Assembly (NCBI RefSeq): GCF_001194135.2
Contig: NC_068988.1
Coordinates: 42,654,451-42,718,450 of the forward strand
Reading direction: 5' to 3'
Origin: Octopus bimaculoides
Taxonomy: Eukaryota
Length of the DNA stretch: 64,000 bases
Shown here: positions 1 to 13,455 of the stretch, in pieces
Layout: each line of letters begins with the position of its first letter
Position numbering within the stretch: the stretch's first letter is position 1
Program-made: the position numbers and the translations under genes
Notes under the pieces: generated by a model
What the model saw: only the letters and a program-made list of their open reading frames with translations
Told to the model about the DNA's origin: nothing
Database searches by the model: none

Positions 1-354
1 ATCGAATACCACGATGTGAGTGAAAGCTGCTCTCACTGTATTGTCCGGTGTCTGGTAATCTCTTCGATACCGACATCAAACCAAAAAAAGAATCCTGACC
101 ACAGTGTGGGTAATTATGTCAAATGTCACTGGCAATGTGCATTCAGCTGATTGCAACTGTTAAAGCAAGTCACTGAGCATGCGTACATGTCATACGGGAG
201 AGTTCCAATCAGGGGTGGATAATACCTTATAGGAAAGCCCTATATTGACTACATTTCGTTTCGCTTGAACTTCGTGTGTGTACGTTTTGCTGTTTTCAAT
301 ATTAACAATTCTATGAGTGTACGTGTGTGTGTGTTTCAGTAAACTATAGTAAAT

Positions 355-2251
355 GATATTTTACGCCGTTTTAATGAGCCTACATCTAATGAAATAGCCA
401 TCCTTATGGTAGATGATCTCCTTGAAAATCGTGATATTCTCATTTGTACTCGAGATAACAACCTTAAACGTGTTTCAGAGACTCAGCCCTTTTATGATGC
501 TCCCCAGTGTCCTCTTATTTTGTGGAATGGACAAGATGGATATCATTTCAATATTCCACAGATTGAACCTACAACAGGAGTTCCAATTACAAACAAAAAA
601 GTGTTGTCAAATGACTTCTATTCTTACCAAATGATGTTAAGACCAGAACATTCAAATCAATTACACATGTACCGTGATCTATATATATTCAACAAAACCT
701 AGTTGATATGTATACTAAAGTTGAGAGTCAGCGTCTCCTCTACATTCGTAATAATAAAAAAAGTTAAGGGCTAAAAATTATGTTCATCTCCGAGATACTC
801 TGAGGACAGATGGTGATATTCAAAACATGGGGCAACTTGTAATCCTCTCATTATCATTCACAGGTAGTTCTCCATATATGCTCCAACGAACACAAGCTGC
901 TATGATATATGTTTGGACATATGGAAAACCAGATCTTTTTGTCACTTTCACCTGCAATTCTAAATGGGAGGAAATAAAACCTAGCCTTCTTCCAGTCTTG
1001 CATCTTCTGGTATTGCAGCTACTCTCCTCAATGGGGGAAGTATTGCTCATTTCATGTTCAAGCTCCCTCTAAACCTTGCAATAAAAGAATCTCAAATGTG
1101 CAACATTTCCCAAAACTCTGCAATGGCAACAGTTCTCCAATAAGCTTGCCTCATTGTTTGAGATGAGTGCACTGTCACATCGTGGAGCCTCAGAGGTATT
1201 TGACCTACCCTCCAAGACATAAAAAACAATAGCACGTACATGGAAGGAGTAACAGTCTTCTTGCAGGAGATTTTCTTCAAACGTTGCCAGTTGTTCCCAT
1301 AGGATCAAAAGCTGATGATGTCAATGCATGCTTAAAAAAATCGAACCTTTGGAGACGTGTGAAAAAACTTCATCCCACGAGCAACACGACAGTACTTCTA
1401 CAAGGTGATCATACAAGCTTCTTAAGACTTCAGCTACATGAAAATTCATGCGGTCAAATGATACTTTCTCTTAGGGATCTTATAGATAACGTATTTCCTA
1501 ATTGATCTGTGAATTACATTGATGTAAGCTAGCTACGTGAAAGAGCTATGCTACCTCCAACTATAAAATGGTTGATAAACTTAATCATAAACTTCTTCAA
1601 AAGTTATCAGTACATCAGAAATGACTTTTCGATCAATTGACAACAGTCGATCAAGATCACGTTGAATCTCTGAGCACACTTAAACCCAATGAGATGCTGC
1701 CGCATAACTTGACACTAAAATTGCTTAGGAATCTTGACCCATCTCACCTGTGTAATGGAACTCGCTTAATTGTTACTTCCATGAAGCCCCATGACCTACT
1801 GGCAAAATCATAACAGGTATTCATAAAAGAGAAAATCCCTCTCTTTATTCCAAAAATCTCTCTCATACCTACAGATGTTCCATTTGAATTTAAGACGTTT
1901 CAGTTTCCAGTCAAACTAAGGTTTGGTATTTCAATTAATAAATCTCGGGACCAATGCTTCAAGGCAGTTGAACTTGATCTCTCTACTACATGCTTCTCCT
2001 ACGGCCAACTCTATGCTGCTTTCTCGCGAGTTGGAAGCAGCAACAATATATTCATTTCGACACCAACAAAGATTTACACAATGAATATTGTTTACCCTGA
2101 GGTGCTTCAACATTGACAGATTTTTAGTTCGAAATTCTATTATCATTACAATTTGGATATTTTAAAATGATTATGAGAATATATCTTTATATTTATAATT
2201 TACTAATCTGAATAAGAATAGCAGTAACCCGGGCAACGCCGGGTCATTCAG
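355..2251 (+). mobile_element. Decayed Helitron (Rep + Pif1-like helicase remnants), internally deleted
   Basis: Rep-side peptides RRFNEPTSNEIAILMV and YGKPDLFVTFTCNSKWEEI join directly (~985-1005) to helicase peptides GIAATLLNGG..AHFMFKLPLNL, PVVPIGSKADDVNACLKKSNLW, HLCNGTRL, FQFPVKLRF, GQLYAAFSRV, NIVYPEVL (stop 2114-2116). Many stops and frameshifts. 3' hairpin ACCCGG-GCAACG-CCGGGT at 2227-2244; terminal CTAG lost. Confidence 0.92.
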
Positions 2252-2252
2252 G

Positions 2253-2253
<1 letters not shown>

Positions 2254-2309
<56 letters not shown>

Positions 2310-2335
2310 CATACATAGATACATACACACACTCA
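2254..2335. repeat. Compound (CT)n(AT)n(AC)n microsatellite
   Basis: Directly visible; abuts the Helitron 3' end. Confidence 0.95.
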
Positions 2336-2341
2336 CATAAA

Positions 2342-3004
2342 TGGTAATTTCTGTCTGTTACCATCTTGTGCCTACATCAGTGAACCAATCTGGACGAAAC
2401 TTTGCATACATGTTAAACTAACATCCAGTTGATTTATAGGCTAGTTGGATTTCAAATCTATTTGTAAATCTGTCTATTGATCTAATTTATTTTACTTGGA
2501 TGCATATTCGTTTGTTAAAATAATATAGGGATATCCCTTATTCACCCACTAATCGAATTAATAGTTTGTAATGCCTATTTTTAGCAATAAACTATTACCA
2601 TAACGACGGGTTGGGCATAAAGACGGGAACTGAACAGGAAACGGGATAGGACATAGAACAGTGTATTGGTAAATGGAAACTGAGAATAACCCCCGCTTTC
2701 CCGGTATTACCGGTCAACTCATTTATTTTATTCAGATGTGTATTCGTTTGTTAAAATAATATAGGGACATTCCTTATTCACCCACTAATCCTATTAATAG
2801 TTTGTGATAGACTATTACCATATAGGTTAATAAAATATTAAATGGCTTAATTACACCTAACTGACATAGGATTGGGAATAAGAATGGAAGCGGAACTAAA
2901 ATGGGAAATGAACAGGGAACATGATAGGTCATGAAACAGTGTAATGGGGACGGGAACTGGAAATAACCCCCGCTTTTCCGGATATTACCGGGTAATTCAG
3001 CTAG
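2342..3004 (+). mobile_element. Non-autonomous Helitron-like element with tandemly duplicated 3' region
   Basis: Two ~230-270 nt copies (approx. 2505-2725 and 2740-3004), each ending ATAACCCCCGCTTT..CCGG.TATTACCGG. The second is followed by GTAATTCAG-CTAG-T (CTAG 3001-3004), the canonical hairpin + CTRR terminus. Confidence 0.7.
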
Positions 3005-3035
3005 TATATATATATATATATAACATATATATTTG

Positions 3036-3192
3036 ACTGCGGCCATCCTGGAGTACCGCCTTTAGTCGAACAAATCGATCCATTCAGAAAGTTTTGGTCG
3101 ACCCGAGGTTATAGTAGAAGACACTTGCCAAGGTGTCAGTGGGACTGAACCCGGGACCATGTGGTCGGGAAACAAGCTTCTTACCATACAGA
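3036..3192 (-). mobile_element. tRNA-derived SINE family A, internally deleted copy
   Basis: Reverse complement matches the head and tail of the full copy at 16662-17050. Confidence 0.75.
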
Positions 3193-3680
3193 CACATAAT
3201 TAATGGATCAACAACAGTTAATAAATTAATATTCCTTTANNNNNNNNNNNNNNNNNNNNNNNNNNNNNNNNNNNNNNNNNNNNNNNNNNNNNNNNNNNNN
3301 NNNNNNNNNNNNNNNNNNNNNNNNNNNNNNNNNNNNNNNNNNNNNNNNNNNNNNNNNNNNNNNNNNNNNNNNNNNNNNNNNNNNNNNNNNNNNNNNNNNN
3401 NNNNNNNNNNNNNNNNNNNNNNNNNNNNNNNNNNNNNNNNNNNNNNNNNNNNNNNNNNNNNNNNNNNNNNNNNNNNNNNNNNNNNNNNNNNNNNNNNNNN
3501 NNNNNNNNNNNNNNNNNNNNNNNNNNNNNNNNNNNNNNNNNNNNNNNNNNNNNNNNNNNNNNNNNNNNNNNNNNNNNNNNNNNNNNNNNNNNNNNNNNNN
3601 NNNNNNNNNNNNNNNNNNNNNNNNNNNNNNNNNNNNNNNNNNNNNNNNNNNNNNNNNNNNNNNNNNNNNNNNNNNNNNNN

Positions 3681-3713
<33 letters not shown>

Positions 3714-4129
3714 ATTAGTTTGCATAAATATCTCCATGTACTCCGACTTTAAATGTAATCTTTTAAAAGATTTCGAAGAGCGAAAACTAAACTTAAAGAT
3801 TAAATAGAAATTGGTAATCTAGCTACATAACCCATTATTTTACAGTTGCATTATAAAGTTTTATCTGGAAAACTTGCGACTTGTCACGACCAGCAATTAA
3901 GGCCGATTGTAGAAAGCCTCAATTTAAAAAGGTGTAAGACTAAAAGCTAAATGAAGGACAAAGTATGAAATCTAGTAATCACCTGAATCTCACGTCTACT
4001 ATCTCAATTAACAGGAACCAGAGAGAACAGGTGGTTAAGAAGATAGGAGAGAATATTTTAGGAGACCATCTGTTGAAACGATTAGTCAACAGCATATTAC
4101 AAGGAAACAGTTAATGTTGAAGTAATTCG

Positions 4130-4404
4130 TCAAAAGCGGATGTTGCAGAAAAATCCGGTTACATACGAATGAGACCGAACCGGAAGTGACGATTGAAGCA
4201 ACTTGTGTTGGACAGGCACGGCTCTTATAAAGACCTTTATTTACATGCATGAATCACTTACTCATTCTCTTTTACCGTTTTCGCTTGTTTTTCATCCTAT
4301 GTTGTTTTGTGTGTCACATGCTTGCTTGACATATTCGAGGAATCAGTCAACAGTAACTTCAGACAGCATTTTTACTCAATGGACGAGCCACTGTTTATCT
4401 CCAG
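4130..4404 (+). promoter_or_regulatory. Candidate promoter and non-coding first exon
   Basis: ETS-type CCGGAAGTG at 4180-4188 in a locally CpG-containing unique segment. Donor-like CAG|GTACGG at 4404/4405 followed by a long pyrimidine-rich tract. Link to the downstream ORFs is inference. Confidence 0.45.
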
Positions 4405-4469
4405 GTACGGTTGAATTCACATTTTTCTGTCTAATAAACTCAGACCATATTATTTCTTTCTATATAATT

Positions 4470-4830
4470 CATTAGCATGTCTCTCTCATTCTTTCTGTTT
4501 ACGTTTCACCCGCTCACTCAGTTACAACCGTGACTTCATTCGCTCTTATGTTTTTTTGTTTTGTGTTTATTTATCTATATCTCTCATCTCATCTTTTCCG
4601 CTCTTTCTCATTACATTTTGCTCCTCTCTGTCCCTCGACTTTTCCACTATCATTTTGTCGTTCTATCTCTCATCATTCAACGTCATTCTTTTTTCCTATA
4701 CATCTCTCTCCTTCCTATACATCTCTCTCTATTTTTTCAAAATTTCTCTCCCTGTGATTAACAGTTTTTCATCCCCTTTCTGTCTCTTATCTCTCTCTCA
4801 ATCTCTATTCTTTTTTTCTTCTTGTATCTT
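4470..4830. repeat. Pyrimidine-rich low-complexity tract
   Basis: Degenerate CT/T-rich sequence; source of the spurious F/S/L-rich ORFs. Confidence 0.85.
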
Positions 4831-6035
4831 CTCCACATCTACACTTGAGCTGGTAGAATAACCATGTATGAGTTTCATACATGGTTACTTGACCTGCAAG
4901 AAACAGCCACCTAATCTCCCTCCAGTCACACTATCGTCACTCCAACACACCAAGCAAATAAACTAAGGACACTTTGTATAGTGTTGTGCTTACACGCATT
5001 ATTTGAACAAAAGTCTAGACGATCACAGCTGAAATACCTTTGACCATCGCTCTTCCGTACCAAGGTTGACCACGGACTAAACAGCAACTTCCATCCTGTT
5101 TATACATCTCCGACTCTTAATCTCGTTCATGCATGCACACACTTGTTGCATTCTTGAAAAGGATTGTAGTGTCACAATTTTTACGCTAGAGTTTATCTTT
5201 ATAGTTAGACTTTAGTACTATAGCAAAATATATATTATCATACTACACTGTACTACTACATGATTAGTATTTAAGTTAACAACAGCTTTTCAAACTCTGT
5301 TTTAAAAGTAATAAGGCCAATCTCAAACCTCCAAGCGTTGCATGTTTGTGTTTATGTGGCAGTACCTGAAACATTTATGGACACAGTTTCCTTAAATTGA
5401 ATGATTGTAATTCAGGTACCAACACTTTTGAGAAGAGGGCAGTTAGTCGATTACTGGAACATTATTTTATCGATCCCGGAGGGATGCAAGGCAAAGTTGA
5501 CTTGGTCAGGATTTGAACTCAGAGTATAAAGGTCTGTAATTAAATACTACAAACTAGTTTGCCCATCACTCTAACATTTCACCAAACCATCACTAAATAA
5601 TAACATTTGTGTATGTATGGTTAAACATTTACATGTGTGTTTGTGTGTATGATTTAAGTATATTCAAGTGTCGAGGTGTTGTTGATATATTTAAAGCAGG
5701 GAGTATAAAATACTAGAAATGGTTAAAGATTAATATTATTATTAGCCATAAACTAATTTCAGCAAGCCTGATTAAGACAACTCCAAGCATGTTTTGATCT
5801 TATGAAACCTCCGCAGTGAATCATAGATTTTCTGGTATTTGCTAAAAGCAGTGATGATAGAATCACCATGTACATGTACAATAATTTAAATTTGAAGTTA
5901 TACTTGTCTAACCAGTGACTTGATATGAGACTATGTTAAAATTGAAGCAATTTCATTGGAGAAGTACCATTTTAACAATTTTAAAACATATCAAAATCAC
6001 TTTTCTTGGTATCTTTTATCTTGTTATAGTTATTG

Positions 6036-6385
6036 GACTGTGGCCATGCTGGGGCACTGTCTTGAAGAATTTTTATTGAATTGACTGCAGTATTTATTTT
6101 TCAAAGTTCAGTATTTATGTTATCAGTTTTTTTTGCCAAACTGCTAAGTTACGAGAATGTAACCATACCAACACCAGTTGCCAAGCGGTGGTGGGAGACA
6201 AACACAGATGCAATGACATACACACATGTATAATAGGCTTCTTTCAGTTTCTTTCTACTAAGTCCACTCACAAGGCTTTGGTAAGCCTAAGACTATAGTA
6301 GAAGTCCAAGTCCAAGGTGTCTTGCAGTGGGACTGAATCTGGAACCATGTGGATAGGAAACAAACTTCTTACCACACAGCCATGC
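6036..6385 (-). mobile_element. SINE family A copy
   Basis: Reverse complement follows the family A consensus from head (GGCTGTGTGGTAAG) to tail (CCAGCATGGCCACAGTC). Confidence 0.8.
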
Positions 6386-6939
6386 CCGTCAATATTTTCT
6401 ACACATACCTGCTCAACTTGATGTCTATAAGAAACTGCCATCCTTTTGTTATTGTATTTGTAGTGTATTTCTGTTGAATCACAGGCTTTTGTTTCAATCA
6501 ATTTTGAAAATACTGAAGAATTTTTTAAGATAAAAAAGTCTTGATTGACCATCTGTAACTTTTCTTTTTTTACCTTTTCAAAGCAGTAAAATGTGATTTG
6601 AGGTACATTTAGCTGCTATTTCTAGCAAGTCAAGCAACAGCATAAAAACTCCAGAGTTGGCTTGTAGTAATAAATATTTTGGCCATGATCATCAAGTATA
6701 GTATATCTTAATGATTATATGTAATTATATATATATTAACATTGTTTTAAGGTCTACTTTTCCATGCTTGCATGATCAGATGGAATTCAATGAGGCAAAT
6801 TTTCTACAGTTGGATGTTCTTCCTGTTTGTGAGCAAGCTAATATTTCCCTATAGCTAAACATATCTTTAACAGAAGATAAATGACTCTTGTTTACAACCA
6901 TCATGTGATATCAAGACAAAGACATCCACCCACTTGGGT

Positions 6940-7547
6940 GTCACTCTGAGGACATGTACTAAGAGTGATAAAAATCACATTCACTCAACATCATTATGTT
7001 TGGAGTGATCACTCATGATGGCAATATTATGCCTCCATTCATCTTCTCATATGGCTTTAAACTCAACACAGAGGCCTACATCAAATGCCTGGAGGTGGTA
7101 GTACTGCCCTGGGTCAAGAATGTGGCTGCTGGGACTCTGCACCATGCCACACAAGCAGGAGGACCCAGTCATGGCTGTCAGACAATTTCTGCGACCACAT
7201 CACCTCTAACATCTGGTCACCTAACTCCTCAGACTGCAACTCCCTTAATTATTATGTGTGGGGCGCAGTTGAGCAAGAGACCAACAAAACTCATCGTTGA
7301 ACTGAAGGCAAGGATTATGGCAGCATTCACCAACTTAAACAAGGAGACTATTGAGAAGAGTTGCAGGAGATTCCGAAGTCATCTGGAGGCCGTGGTCGAA
7401 GCCAATGGCAATTTTATTGAATAAATTTACTCTTTAGTATTTCAAGATATTTTTATGTAATTTGGGTAAATATTTCTGCTAAAATGAGGTCTCAGTGTTA
7501 TTTTCATTGTTGTGTAATTTAGATGACAGTTTATACACCGCACCTTG
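6940..7547 (+). mobile_element. Tc1/mariner superfamily, maT-like (DD37D) transposase 3' fragment
   Basis: MFGVITHDGNIMPPFIF...AYIKCLE, frameshift, DSAPCHT...WSPNSSDCNSLNYYVWG (37 residues between the second and third catalytic positions; third D mutated to N), ...CRRFRSHLEAVVEANGNFIE*. Ends in TIR-like CGCACCTTG at 7539-7547. Confidence 0.85.
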
Positions 7548-7742
7548 CATATGGTGTGGCTGTGTGGTAAGTTTGTTCTCCAACCATATAGCTCTGAGTT
7601 CAGTCCCACTGTGTGGTACCTTTCACAAGTGTCTTCTACTATAGCCTTGGGCTGACCAAAGCTTTGTGTGTGGATTTGGTAGATGGAAACTGAAAGGAGC
7701 CTGTTGTGTGTGCATACATACATATATACATTTAAAAATTGT

Positions 7743-8146
7743 TGCTTCAAATCGGAGAATAAATGTCATTATGATATATATTATATGCAATTATTATACT
7801 ATGAGCCTTCCATAGTAGCTTTCTCTCTGTAACTCGCAAAGTCTTTCGGGTTTGTTTATAAAAATATTATTTATGTAGTATCAAGACAGTTTATATATAT
7901 ATTAACTAAATTTGACTGAAATTGATGGGTAAGCGTTTGGCCAATCAGATATACAAGGAGCCATGAAAGCATTGATCTGTGAGTTCGATTTAGCCTGATG
8001 TTAGCTCATCATTTTTCAGTCATTTGTTTATATTTAAAAATTCTCGCTTCAAATCAGAGAATAACTATCACTATGATATACAGTTATTATACTATGAGCC
8101 TTCCATAGTAGCTTTCTCTCTGTAACTTGCAAAGCCTTTCAGGTTT

Positions 8147-8150
<4 letters not shown>
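7743..8150 (+). repeat. Direct repeat, ~110-nt blocks about 305 nt apart
   Basis: GCTTCAAATC(G/A)GAGAATAA...TATACTATGAGCCTTCCATAGTAGCTTTCTCTCTGTAACT(C/T)GCAAAG..TTTC.GGTTTGTTTATA occurs at ~7744 and ~8047. Confidence 0.85.
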
Positions 8151-8196
<46 letters not shown>

Positions 8197-8854
8197 GTGT
8201 GTGTGTGTCTGTGTTTGTACCCCCACTGCTTGACAACCAGTGTTGATGTGTTTCTGTCTCTGTAACTTAGCAGTTCAGCAAAATAGCTTGATAGAATAAG
8301 TACCAGACTTTTAAAGAAAACAAAAAACATAAGGACTGGAGTTGATTAATTTGATTAAAATTCTTCAAGGTGGTGCCCCAGCATGGCTGCTGACTCACAG
8401 CTGAAACAAAGAAAAGATAAAAGATAGACATAATATATCCAGGCTTTGATGAAACTTGTTCCGGCTATGACCATCCTGTACTGTTTTCAGACATCCTGTA
8501 TCGAGGACTAGAGATTTTACTAGTATTGCTAGTGGCTCAAATGACCACTTTAGAAACACTTTGTTGATGTCTACTTCCAATATCAATTAATATAATAAGC
8601 AGTGTCTGTATCAGCCTGCTCTAGTACTTTCACTGTCTGAATTTCAAGAATAAAACTAGCATGACATTTACATAGCTGAGCTATAATACTTCCACTCTGT
8701 CTGCATATCTGTGGAAACACTAACAAGTTGCTTAGTTCACTGAATACAGAGTAGGAATCTACATAGTTTAAATATCCATTTATAAATTGTATATTTTATT
8801 TATTTATTTATTTGTGTGTATATTTTATTTATTAAATGTTAAAGAGGAACAGGT

Positions 8855-9229
8855 GGAGGTGCAATGGCCCAGTGGTTAGGGCAGCAGAATCGCAGTCATA
8901 AGATCACGGTTTCAATTCCCAGACTGGGCATTGTGAGTGTTTATTGAGCGAAAACACCTAAAGCTCCACGAGGCTCCGGCAGCAGATGGTAGCGAACCCT
9001 GCTGTACTCTTCTACCACGACTTTCTCTCACTTTTACTTCCTGTTTCTGTTGTGCCTGTAATTCAAAGGGTCAGCCTTGTCATACTGAATATCCCTGAGA
9101 ACTACATTAAGGGTACACGTGTCTGTGGAATGCTCAGCCACTTGTACGTTAATTTCACGAGCAGGCTGTTCCGTTGATCGGATCAACTAGAACCCTCGAT
9201 GTTGTAAGCGACGGAGTGCCAACAACACA
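8855..9229 (+). mobile_element. tRNA-derived SINE family C, full length with TSD
   Basis: A-box TGGCCCAGTGG and B-box-like GGTTTCAATTCC. 14-bp TSD AAAGAGGAACAGGT at 8841-8854 and 9230-9243. Near-identical copies at 33843 and 35480. Confidence 0.9.
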
Positions 9230-9671
9230 AAAGAGGAACAGGTATTTTATTGAATTAATCCCTTTCAGTAGCTTGCCACAAGTAATGAAGTATAAAACTG
9301 AACATCACCCATGAGTTTTCTAGTTTCTGTTTATATCTTTAAGACCATCCTCCTTCTCTTTCAACTGGGGTGGTCATGTATCTTCTCAGAGCAAGATACT
9401 TATTCTTGTCCCTGCTATCATTCTTAACCTCTTCCCACCTGGCATAAAACCACCTCCTTCAATACTACTCGTCGACCTTGGTTGAGTGATCTTGTCTTGC
9501 AAATTACTTGGTAACTGTGCTAGTGCTGGTATCACGTATAAAACACTCAATACTCTGTAAAGTGGTTAGCGTTAGGAAAGGCACTCAGCCATAGAAACCA
9601 TGCAAAAGCTGACATTAGACCTTGGTGTAGTTTTCTGATTTGTTAGCTCCTGTGAAACCATCCAACGCACA

Positions 9672-10015
9672 CTAGGTATTGTTTTCAGTTGTGTTTGTTT
9701 GTCTATGGACAAGATATCACAAAAACCTCTGGATTGATTCGGATGAAACTTTCAGGGATGTTTGGCCTCATGACTGGCAGGAACTGATTAGATTTTAGGA
9801 TCAATCCAGTACCGGAAAAGGATTCTGGATTATTTTTCCTGTTTTTTTTTTACTTAATTTTTGAGAGTGGTTGGGTTCATTTTTAGTATCCTTGTTTGTG
9901 AGAGTAATCGAGTTTATTTTAGATATTCTCATTTTAAAAAATCATTTCCGGCTAATTGTTGAGAGGACATTGGTGTTGCCTTGGCTGTGGTCTGTGCTCT
10001 CTGAGTGCTCTTGTT
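9672..10015 (+). mobile_element. Non-autonomous Helitron-like repeat
   Basis: Starts GTGTTTGTTTGTCT...GGATGAAACTTTCAGGG and ends GGTCTGTGCTCTCTGAGTGCTCTTGTT, an architecture I associate with non-autonomous Helitron-like elements (recall only). Confidence 0.45.
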
Positions 10016-11369
10016 ATTATTATTATCATTATTATTGAGTGAGAGAACAGTGCATGCTATCAAAATGACACTGGAGTACAGATATACAAAGCCCAATATA
10101 CCCATCATGACAGCCTGTGTGATAAGGGTGCATCACAACTATATGTGCATGATATGGTGATGTCATATCAAGATAAACAGCGCATGACCTTGCAGGTGGG
10201 GCCCAGTTAGAATCTTCTTCCAGTCAAGTAGCCCATCCCAATATTATTATTTTAATATTATTACCACTTTCATGAAGTTAATTAAATGCTTTCAATTATT
10301 CTAGTCATATAGTGAGGTAAATTTTGCTTTACACTTCATCACTATTCATAAAGGTAATAGCAGTTCACTTGTATAACATTTACTTATATAATTAATTCAC
10401 TTGGCTTCCATAATGCATCATTACCAGGTTACCTTGTAGTATATTTTTTTCCTTTAAGTAATATAGTTTGTGCTATCTGCTGAACTATATGCATGTCTGT
10501 AATAAATGTGACGTAACATACTGAGGAAATTATATGAAACACTCTTATTAACTGTAACACTTGAGTTATGAGAGCACCAAGTCTAAATTTGGAATGGTTA
10601 TTATTCTCATTATGTTCGTCATTTGCCTGTTCTCTTGTTTCATCTTAGCATATCCTGTTTTTCTGTTTTAGTTCCTGCTTATGACAATAACACAGGCATA
10701 ATAAAGATTTGGTTACTATTTTCAGCCAGTTGTATAAACATGTATAGACTCTCTTGTTCATTTCTTGATATATAGATGCTGTCAATACTTTCTTTTGCAT
10801 TGTCCCACTCGGTGCCAATGGGTACAAGTAGAAAACATTTCTTGAGGTCTGTCATCAGATAGGAGAGAGGCCCTAATCATGTAGGTAATGGTTTGGGAGG
10901 ATGTTTTATCTTAGATGTACAATAACATATCTTATCCATCTCTGGCTTGATACTTGTGCTTAAGGAGTCCAGAATTTTGTGAGATGTGGCTGCTTGGTAA
11001 GAAGTTTGCTTCCTAACTACATAATTTTGGCTTCAGTCCCACTCCTTGGCATTAGGGAAAGTGTCTTCTATTATAGCCCCAGGCCAACCAAAGCCTTGTG
11101 GTTTTTATTTTGTTGATGGAATCTGAAAGAAACCTGTCATATATATATGTGTGTGTGTGTCTTTGTGTTACTGTTTCCTTGCCTTGACGTCACTGTCATG
11201 TAAAGTGTCTTTTGTTGTCAATCCTCTGTGAAAACATTTCTGCTCTTGAGGAAATATTACATTACTTGGAAACTTGAAAGTGTAGCTGACAAGAAAGGCA
11301 TCCAATTGTAGAAAATTTGCCTCAACAAATTCTGTCTGAGCCATGTGAGCATTGAAAAAGTCATCATTA

Positions 11370-11790
11370 TTATCATCATCATCATCGTTTAGCGTCTGCT
11401 TTCCATGCTGGCATGGGTTAGACAGTTTGACTGGAACTGGTAAGCCAGAAAACTGCACCAAGTTCCAGTCTGATTTGGCCTGCTTTCTACAGCTGGATGC
11501 CCTTTCTAACCCTAACCACTCCAAGAGTGTAATGGATGCTTTTTACGTACTACTGGCACAGGTGCTTTTATGTGTCATTGGCATGGATGCTGGTTACATG
11601 ATACCAGCATTGGCCACGACTATGATTTCATTTTGCTTGATGAACCTTCTCAAGCACGGCATATCGCCAAAGGTCTCAGTTGCTTGTCATTGCCTCTGTG
11701 CGGCCCAACTTTTGAAGATCATGCTTCACCATGTTGTCCCATGTCTTCCTGGGTCTACCTCTTCCACGATGATGATGATGCCTTTGACTA
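11370..11790 (-). mobile_element. RTE LINE 3' end fragments (ORF2 C-terminus + 3' UTR + (GAT)n tail)
   Basis: Homologous to 26600-27255 and 31222-31500. (CAT)n on + is the (GAT)n tail. Confidence 0.8.
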
Positions 11791-12451
11791 CTGACTTCCA
11801 GCTGAGCTTCTTACAAGAGTCAAAATGATTGTTACTGGCAACTGATCTGTTCCAGTCTCTTCTTTCCCTCCCCACACCAACACTAACTCACTTTAACCCC
11901 TGTAGTCATAGATAAAAAAGTAAAACTATTTTTTAATTTTTATTTTTTATTTATACCAAAATACAAGTAAATAACACACATTGAGTAAATTTTTCAAGAA
12001 TTCAATATTCAATATGCTTAATTTTTGGCATGGATAATTAAAAATTTGCTAACACTAGATAAAAAAATATCAATTTACTTAGCTCTGTGAAATTTACAAG
12101 AAGCCGCAGCCATTCTGTATGACTTGTGAGCAAACACTGAGTCAGAATCATGTGGTCTCCGTTATTTATGTGTTTTAGAGGTGTCCAATGAATTGGTAAC
12201 TGTGATTCAAATTAATTACAATTTATATTTGTTTTGTAATTTATGCTGAAAATTGTCCAATACATTGAACAAAGTAAAGAACAAGAAAAGGAAGGATTCT
12301 ATAAAAAAAATAAAAGATAATGAGAGCCAAATTGATTTATCTTTGTGGACTTTAGTCTAAATTTGATACTACCCTCTACTTTTAAATCAAAAACACACAT
12401 CTTGTTCCTTCATTGTGATACTGGTATACTTGATATACATACATATATATA

Positions 12452-12487
<36 letters not shown>

Positions 12488-12719
12488 TGTATGTATGTAT
12501 GTATGTATGTATATATAAATATANNNNNNNNNNNNNNNNNNNNNNNNNNNNNNNNNNNNNNNNNNNNNNNNNNNNNNNNNNTATATATACACTCAAATGG
12601 TGCTATTTACGGGCCACTAGCAGGAAGCCAGACAGCTGCTTTGGCAATGAACATGCTCGGACAGTGCTGCTAGTGCTCCACTGGTGCAGGTGCCAGTCAT
12701 CGAGTATGGTTCAATTACG

Positions 12720-12900
12720 ATTTCGATTTCACTTGCCCCAACAGGTCTTCGCAAGTAGAGTTTAGTGTCCAATGAAGGAGAGGTTGGCATGGGTGCCAGT
12801 CGTTGGATTCGGTTCGATTTCAGATTCCAGATTTCAAATTGCAAATTCACTTACCTCAACAGGTCTTCACAAGCAGAGTTTTTAGTGTCCAATGAAGTAA
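12720..12900 (+). repeat. Local direct duplication (~55 nt, ~125 nt period)
   Basis: TTCACTT(G/A)CC(C/T)CAACAGGTCTTC(G/A)CAAG(T/C)AGAGTTT..AGTGTCCAATGAAG occurs twice. Confidence 0.8.
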
Positions 12901-13455
12901 AGATACGAATAAGTGAGCTGGCTACACTTCTGGCAGAGCTCACAGATTATGCTCTCACTTGCCTTACCAGGTCTTCTCACGTACTGCATATTTCCAAAGG
13001 TCCCGGTCACTGGTCANNNNNNNNNNNNNNNNNNNNNNNNNNNNNNNNNNNNNNNNNNNNNNNNNNNNNNNNNNNNNNNNNNNNNNNNNNNNNNNNNNNN
13101 NNNNNNNNNNNNNNNNATGGAAAGCGGATGTTAAACGATGATGATGATGATGATGTGTGTGTGTGTATGTATATATGTGATGGGGCAGTCTATATAGATG
13201 TAATCCCCGTAATTTGAAACCAGTTGCTAAGTGCCAATGCATGAAACTGAGCCCTTCAGTCACTCTGTCACTTGTGCTGATTATATAATATGTATTTATG
13301 TATTATACATATTAAATTTCTCATAAATCTCTTTTCTTTCTTCCAGTTCTATCACGTGATGTTATGAAAGACTTGTGACGGAGAATCTTGAAATTGTTGA
13401 AAAGTCTGGAGACGTTGAATATATTTTGTCAACCCCCTGTCAGGAGCAGGTTCCA

